Under the pieces are notes generated by a model. The model searched no databases. It was not told where the DNA came from and saw only the letters and a list, made by a program, of their open reading frames with translations. This document shows, piece after piece, positions 58,828 to 64,000 of a stretch of 64,000 nucleotides of DNA. The stretch covers positions 32,001 through 96,000 of the IMG/VR virus record IMGVR_UViG_3300034524_000090. The stretch is one strand, 5' to 3'. Both the position numbers and the translations under genes were made by a program. This stretch comes from a virus. The first letter of the stretch is position 1. Every line of letters begins with the position of its first letter.

Positions 58828-59159
58828 TTTAAACCCCTCCTTAATAAAATATCTTCGATTTCCTCTACAGACTCAAAACCGCTTTCCCAATTATTTTCGT
58901 CTATTATATCTTCTATCATTATTTGATACCCCCAAATACCATTCTGAAAATCATAAAAAACCATAGCGGCTTCTTTTTCATTAAGCGTTATAATATCAAC
59001 AACAAAGCGTTCAGGAAAAATATCTACTATATTACGGTCAGTATTACAAACATTGCACCAAGCATTTCGGCCAACAAATGGTAAATCACTTCCAGACCAT
59101 CTAGGTTGATCATGCCACACAATCTCATGTCCACAATCAAGAGTAATATTAATTTTCAT
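58824..59159 (-). CDS. Hypothetical zinc-binding protein, paralogue of 54595..54990
   Basis: Shared N-terminal motif; GGGAGG RBS. Confidence 0.7.
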   Translation of the reverse strand: MKINITLDCGHEIVWHDQPRWSGSDLPFVGRNAWCNVCNTDRNIVDIFPERFVVDIITLNEKEAAMVFYDFQNGIWGYQIMIEDIIDENNWESGFESVEEIEDILLRRGLK

Positions 59160-59247
59160 CGTTAAAACCTCCCTTTATTTTGTTTTGATAAATATAAAAC
59201 CTTCCTCTTTTATTTGTGTTAAACAAAGTTATAATGTCACCATCTTT

Positions 59248-59577
59248 CTAGTCTATCTTTTTTGATTGTTGTTTTAATTTTATCTCCCAATTCCTTAAAT
59301 ATTCAGGATCAAGTTGCCAGTTGTCTAATTTTTCAAAGAAAGATTTCTGTCCCTCTTGCGTAGACAAGTCTACTGTTCCAAAACTAGTAGAATACTCCAG
59401 GTTTTCAACTGCATGTTTTATTGTTATACCTTGTGCAACTTTCCATAATAAAGGTTCTATATCACTCTTATATATGGCTGATATAATCCCTCTCAGCCAT
59501 TCTATATCATCATAATCGGTTGTAATAAGCACTTGACCTTTATTTTGAGGGTATTTAATAAGAACAGCATAACTCAT
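59248..59577 (-). CDS. Hypothetical protein
   Basis: AAGGAGG before ATG 59577. Confidence 0.65.
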   Translation of the reverse strand: MSYAVLIKYPQNKGQVLITTDYDDIEWLRGIISAIYKSDIEPLLWKVAQGITIKHAVENLEYSTSFGTVDLSTQEGQKSFFEKLDNWQLDPEYLRNWEIKLKQQSKKID

Positions 59578-59629
59578 AACTAATACCTCCTTTTTGTAGG
59601 TTATTCCTAAAATTTTCCACCGCCAAAAA

Positions 59630-59902
59630 CTATTCTTCATGTAAATATTTAAATAATATTTTCCCAGGCTCTTCTCTTAATCTCTCTAAATAAGAAATAA
59701 ACTCTCTAAAAGGTAATAATTCGTCTTTGTCTAATTCATTTCCATATTTATCTAAGACTTGATAAGGTAGATTTAATTTATATAAAGCACACATAACTCT
59801 CTTAATATCTTCTTCTCCTACTGCAATAGTTTTATATTGATCATACTTAAGCCGTCCTTCTGTAAAATGTAAAGTAGAAGGAAAAACGACAGTGTAAATC
59901 AT
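59630..59902 (-). CDS. Hypothetical protein
   Basis: AAGGAGG RBS. Confidence 0.65.
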   Translation of the reverse strand: MIYTVVFPSTLHFTEGRLKYDQYKTIAVGEEDIKRVMCALYKLNLPYQVLDKYGNELDKDELLPFREFISYLERLREEPGKILFKYLHEE

Positions 59903-60435
59903 ATTAATTACCTCCTTTTTAATTATATTATACCTATGTCTTTAAGCACAATTTTCGCCGCTGTCTTTTCTTCACACTAATTACAAGAACAATATTGAGA
60001 AGAAGCCAGATCCTTTAAAAACCTAATAATATCTTCATCAGAAGCCCCAATAAGATTTCTTGCTGTTTCACGGATAGAATTATTATGTCCTTTTTGAGCT
60101 AATTCCTTAATAAATTGACGATGCATTTAACCAACCTCCTTTTTTTCACACATATCACAAATTCCTTCAGGTTCCCAATCAAGATAATCATACTCAATTA
60201 TTTGGGCTAATTTTTCTAAACACTCATCACATACCCATTGGTAATGAGGATATAAGGCCATACTCATAATTTTATTCATGTTTCATACCTCCTTTACCTT
60301 TTTGTCAAGAAAGACACAAAGAAATAATTTACACTAAGAAGCAATAATGCGGCAAATATAGCAAATATAATTTCCATTATTCACCTTTTCCTTTTTTTAA
60401 GTTGTTTTACTTAATTATCTATAATTATTACCTTC

Positions 60436-60756
60436 TTATAATCCACTTTTAATTTCACAGTTCTTATCCTTTTCCGCTTCCTCTAATATTTTCTCTAGTT
60501 CTTTTTCAGTAATTATAATTGGCCCCGCTAAACATTCATCATTTTCCTCATCATATTCAGGACAATTAATACAGTCCTGGAAACGTCCATATATAGGACA
60601 ATAATCAAAATCAGCAGAAGTAGCATAGGTTACTTCCCAACCTTGATTAGTTCTTAAATATGTCTCATAAAAAATATAATCACCACCATTTCTTTCCTGC
60701 CCTAATTTTTCAGGGTAACGAATAATTGTAATATATTTTTCAGTAGAATTAATCAT
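60436..60756 (-). CDS. Hypothetical Cys-containing protein
   Basis: GGAGG before ATG 60756. Confidence 0.65.
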   Translation of the reverse strand: MINSTEKYITIIRYPEKLGQERNGGDYIFYETYLRTNQGWEVTYATSADFDYCPIYGRFQDCINCPEYDEENDECLAGPIIITEKELEKILEEAEKDKNCEIKSGL

Positions 60757-60810
60757 TGTAAATACCTCCATTAATTTTAATTATGAATATCTATATGATC
60801 TACTAGTTAT

Positions 60811-61047
60811 TTAATCTTCTTCTCCATAAGCACTCGGAATTTTACAACCACCTTCACAATATAAATCCTCATCCTCCCAATTAATTTCATATTCCAATTT
60901 TAACAGATTTTCTTCGTCATTAGCACAAATAGAACAAAGAATTTCGCCCTCTGGAGTAATATAATAGACAGGATACCCTCCAGGCCAAACATGAGAGGGC
61001 AATTTACCACCATATTCTTCTAAAAATCTTTTTGTTACTTTTGCCAT
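60811..61047 (-). CDS. Small acidic zinc-binding phage protein
   Basis: 'WPGGYP.YY....E.LC..CA...C..C..IPSAYG'. Confidence 0.7.
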   Translation of the reverse strand: MAKVTKRFLEEYGGKLPSHVWPGGYPVYYITPEGEILCSICANDEENLLKLEYEINWEDEDLYCEGGCKIPSAYGEED

Positions 61048-61098
61048 TGTAACTTCCTCCTTTATTAATTTTTATAAACTAAATCTGATAGATATTCT

Positions 61099-61347
61099 TT
61101 AACCTAAATATTCTTCAGGAGTGTAAAATCCTTTTGAAGCCTGGATATATTGTTCTCTCGTAATTTTACTACATTCTTTTAGATAGTCTCTATCTAATGC
61201 CCCATGTTGCCCAATTGGACAATAAGCAGTAATATATTTTCCTGTATAATCCCAAGGTTCATCTATAGCTACAAAGACTGAATCAGGGCTAAGGGGTTTA
61301 TCCTTATCCGCATCTTTATCTGAGTAATAACCGATAATATTATTCAT
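61099..61347 (-). CDS. Hypothetical protein
   Basis: 'TAYCPIGQH' motif; GGGAGG RBS. Confidence 0.7.
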   Translation of the reverse strand: MNNIIGYYSDKDADKDKPLSPDSVFVAIDEPWDYTGKYITAYCPIGQHGALDRDYLKECSKITREQYIQASKGFYTPEEYLG

Positions 61348-61429
61348 AATATCTCCTCCCTTTGGTTATTTAAAACCCAATCCGATAGATATTATAGCAG
61401 AAAGTGAAGAGATATATCACTTCCGTTTT

Positions 61430-61831
61430 CTAGAACCATGACGCAAATACAGGCCCAGGCTGGCCTTTTCTTACTTCTTCTACTAATTTCCTAGCATAGT
61501 TATAATCAGCCATATAACCTCTATGGTTTTTTCTTCTTAAAATAGCATCTTTTATTACATCTTTATTAATTTTAAGCAAAGTATCCTGTAATTCCCCTTT
61601 TCTAAAACCCGCCATATGCATATACCATTCGCAGAAAAATGGCGTATTTGTTTTATAAGCTATTATTGCATTAACTGCTGATTTAGGGGTAAAATAACCA
61701 AGAGATTCACAAATTAAATGGCTAACAATTCTCGGCCAACGATTTAAAATAAACTCCTGCATTTTTTCCTGTCTTAAAAACTCCCAACCCTCTTTTCCAT
61801 ATTGTTCAAATATATTTTGTAAGTTGATCAT
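61430..61831 (-). CDS. Hypothetical protein
   Basis: GAGGAGG RBS. Confidence 0.7.
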   Translation of the reverse strand: MINLQNIFEQYGKEGWEFLRQEKMQEFILNRWPRIVSHLICESLGYFTPKSAVNAIIAYKTNTPFFCEWYMHMAGFRKGELQDTLLKINKDVIKDAILRRKNHRGYMADYNYARKLVEEVRKGQPGPVFASWF

Positions 61832-61876
61832 ATAAATCCTCCTCTTTTAGTTATTTAAAACCCAAACTGATAAATA

Positions 61877-62020
61877 TTATACTATAGAAAAGGAAGGGGT
61901 ATTAGCTCTTCCTTTTTCTCGACAAAACTGTTTCTTTAAGAGTGCCCGTTTATTGGGCCTGATAAAATGATAAGATTTACGTGTCCAAAAATTTTGGGGC
62001 AAAGACATTTTCTTTTTCAT
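61877..62020 (-). CDS. Small basic protein (47 aa)
   Basis: AGGAGGAG before ATG 62020. Confidence 0.5.
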   Translation of the reverse strand: MKKKMSLPQNFWTRKSYHFIRPNKRALLKKQFCREKGRANTPSFSIV

Positions 62021-62045
62021 GTGTACACTCCTCCTGTCTAAAACA

Positions 62046-62489
62046 CTAAAGAGTTTCTTTTGCAATTTCTAAAATCACATCATCAATATAAATAGCCTGC
62101 CCTGTACAAGTCCTTCCCCACCAAATACCATATTCATTTTTTAATATCGGTTCGCCTTTTTCCTCTAATTTTTCGGCTAACCAATTCGATACCACCCACC
62201 ATTCATATATTTCTTGGGGTTCATCTCGCAGTGTATCTATCGTTAAAGATAATTCGTCAATTTGTTCTTCTATTTCTGCGGCCTTATTATCATCATCTTC
62301 TTTGTCAAGTAAATCATATAATTTCTCTTTTGCTTTTTCTAATTCCTCAATTTGTCTTTCGTCATATAAATTGATAATATCATCGTAACTAAATATATTC
62401 TTATTTAACAAATCGTCTACTAATGTAGTTTGGCAAACATATACGTGATTTTCATCAATTTTTTTAGCTTTTTCCATAATATCCCTCAT
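62046..62489 (-). CDS. Acidic hypothetical phage protein
   Basis: 'EIYEWWVVS.WLA.KL...GE......WWGRT.TGQAI..D' motif recalled from phage hypotheticals. Confidence 0.75.
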   Translation of the reverse strand: MRDIMEKAKKIDENHVYVCQTTLVDDLLNKNIFSYDDIINLYDERQIEELEKAKEKLYDLLDKEDDDNKAAEIEEQIDELSLTIDTLRDEPQEIYEWWVVSNWLAEKLEEKGEPILKNEYGIWWGRTCTGQAIYIDDVILEIAKETL

Positions 62490-62671
62490 TTTCTATTCCT
62501 CCTTAATTTAAATTCGTTTCTTTTAAATATAGGCAAACTATCTGTCCCACCTGCTATTGCGATATAATAATATTCTCCATCATAATCCTTAATAATTCCC
62601 CATTCCCCATAATAAATTGATTTCTTATCTGTAATATAAACCTTTTCCCCAATTAATTTACTTGTTTTCAT
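62486..62671 (-). CDS. Small SH3/KOW-like protein
   Basis: 'IGEKVYIT...YYGEWGII...YYIAI'. Confidence 0.55.
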   Translation of the reverse strand: MKTSKLIGEKVYITDKKSIYYGEWGIIKDYDGEYYYIAIAGGTDSLPIFKRNEFKLRRNRK

Positions 62672-62705
62672 ATATAATACCTTTAATTCTTTTCTTCCTG
62701 GCTTA

Positions 62706-62927
62706 TTAACTCCCTTTTCCTAATATTTTACCAGCATTTCGACCAAAATAAAGTTCTAATTTAGCTTTATTCAGATACCTAATAATAAAATCGTTACCAG
62801 ATTTTTTTAAGTTCAATACTTCTACCCAATAACTATCTTCTCTCATTTGACGCAAAAACGCCTGTAAGTGAGGAAACATATTATTAATATTATTACAGAT
62901 TGTAGTAGCTTCTTTTTCGGTTAGCAT
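62706..62927 (-). CDS. Hypothetical protein, paralogue of 63765..63980
   Basis: MLTEK.A..ICN.IN..FPHL.A shared. Confidence 0.7.
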   Translation of the reverse strand: MLTEKEATTICNNINNMFPHLQAFLRQMREDSYWVEVLNLKKSGNDFIIRYLNKAKLELYFGRNAGKILGKGS

Positions 62928-63375
62928 TTTTTATCTCTTCCTCATTTGTAATATATTTAATACACTCACTAACAATTTTATAACTTTTTATTCCACCTAT
63001 CACCCAAAACTCAATTAGATTATGTTGAGCATCAGTTAAAACAAATCCATGTATTATATATTTATTTTTTCTGTGATGATAAAAACAATACAAGATAGCC
63101 TCTTTATCTTGAACATAATTTTTAATTTTTGCTTTTATTTTTTGTGGCAGTCGAAAATATTCCACAAAAGGTCTTAAATCATATTCAGTCAAATACCCAT
63201 AAGGAACTTGTTGTCCAACAGGATTTTTTAATAAATTCATAGGTCTTATATAACTACTATATTGAGTATTACTGATAACATTACCAATCGAAATCACATT
63301 TGTTTGACGGTCAAAGGTTTTATGACCAGTATTTATGAACATTTTATTAGGATTTATCCATTCTTTTGTTTTCAT
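62893..63375 (-). CDS. Hypothetical protein
   Basis: GGGAGG RBS. Confidence 0.7.
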   Translation of the reverse strand: MKTKEWINPNKMFINTGHKTFDRQTNVISIGNVISNTQYSSYIRPMNLLKNPVGQQVPYGYLTEYDLRPFVEYFRLPQKIKAKIKNYVQDKEAILYCFYHHRKNKYIIHGFVLTDAQHNLIEFWVIGGIKSYKIVSECIKYITNEEEIKNANRKRSYYNL

Positions 63376-63421
63376 TAATCTATTAAACCTCCCTTATTTT
63401 AATTAAACCCAAACCGATAGA

Positions 63422-63736
63422 TTAAATAGGCCCATCAACCTCGCTATTTAAATATAAAGTACATATATCACATTGACCCCCGCATTTCTTAATTTTATAT
63501 TCATATTTTGGTGGCTTGATAATTTCTGTAATTGGTCGATTTAAAAATTTGGCCTCAGTAGAAAAATCAAACAAACAATCCATTAGCTCATTCAATCTTG
63601 TCTCCATATAGTCATCAACAAATTTTTGATTCTCTTCTTTTAGTATTTCAATATATTTTTCAGCCTTTTCCCTGCCTTTGAAACATCTAATAAACCCCAT
63701 GCAATTATTTTTAAAATAACTGCATACTGCAAACAT
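63422..63736 (-). CDS. Hypothetical protein
   Basis: AAGGAGG RBS. Confidence 0.65.
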   Translation of the reverse strand: MFAVCSYFKNNCMGFIRCFKGREKAEKYIEILKEENQKFVDDYMETRLNELMDCLFDFSTEAKFLNRPITEIIKPPKYEYKIKKCGGQCDICTLYLNSEVDGPI

Positions 63737-63764
63737 ATTTATTACCTCCTTTGAAAATTATATA

Positions 63765-63980
63765 TTATAGACATCCTATTATCATTTTTTCAGCATGTTT
63801 GCCAAAATGATCGAATAAATCTTCGATCTTCCTGATACGGAAATCACAGTTTTCATCTTTATTAAGATTAATAACATCTACTTCATACCTATATCCCATT
63901 TCTCTTATTGTGGCTTCCAAATGCGGGAAAAGTTTATTTATTTGGTTGCAAATATACCGTGCTTGTTTTTCTGTTAACAT
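63765..63980 (-). CDS. Hypothetical protein, paralogue of 62706..62927
   Basis: AAGGAGGAG RBS; shared N-terminus. Confidence 0.7.
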   Translation of the reverse strand: MLTEKQARYICNQINKLFPHLEATIREMGYRYEVDVINLNKDENCDFRIRKIEDLFDHFGKHAEKMIIGCL

Positions 63981-64000
63981 ATCAAACTCCTCCTTGTACC

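Larger units (their letters stand above)
61073..63424. repeat. Four dispersed intergenic repeats of about 25-30 bp (61073-61097, 61366-61395, 61851-61880, 63399-63424)
   Basis: ttatttaaaacccaatccgatagatattat / ttatttaaaacccaaactgataaatattat / ttaattaaacccaaaccgatagatta / tataaactaaatctgatagatattc. Confidence 0.8.

Noticed and set aside
828-59515. Short opposite-strand ORFs in the track (e.g. 3784..3975, 25895..26491, 31926..32210, 43675..43902, 48869..49198)
   Set aside because: Shadow frames of well-supported genes or of the intron, without RBS

Overview
AT-rich 64-kb segment of a large temperate tailed phage of a low-GC Firmicute. The host call rests on GGAGG ribosome-binding sites, sigmaA-type promoters, a Firmicute-type AbrB and an Amidase_3. 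The + arm (1-43.4 kb) carries tail and receptor-binding genes, a holin, and a replication/recombination/nucleotide block: RecA, UvsY-like, DnaB, DnaG, SSB, class II RNR with two inteins, dUTPase, DNA MTase, SpeD, and a dnaE interrupted by a group I intron with a LAGLIDADG ORF. It then carries an amidase, nucleases and a ParM/ParR-like + pilin-like + VirB4/VirD4-like ATPase module. The convergent - arm (43.4-64 kb) has a tyrosine integrase, an attP made of the 3' half of tRNA-Phe(GAA), and an early region of many small genes plus AbrB, RuvB, a HARP-SNF2 helicase and a GHKL-HExxH protein. Phage genes flank the att core on both sides, so this looks like the unintegrated form. The most unusual signals are four: (i) unrelated small genes each separated by a 20-bp imperfect palindrome, resembling a cassette array (46.4-47.5 kb); (ii) a promoter-terminator unit at 29.5 kb whose short transcript is complementary to the start codon/RBS of an early gene 23 kb away; (iii) an extein-less, apparently splicing-dead intein kept as an intact gene; (iv) a second family of about 30-bp intergenic repeats at 61-63 kb. 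All family calls come from motif recognition by eye; no searches were run.
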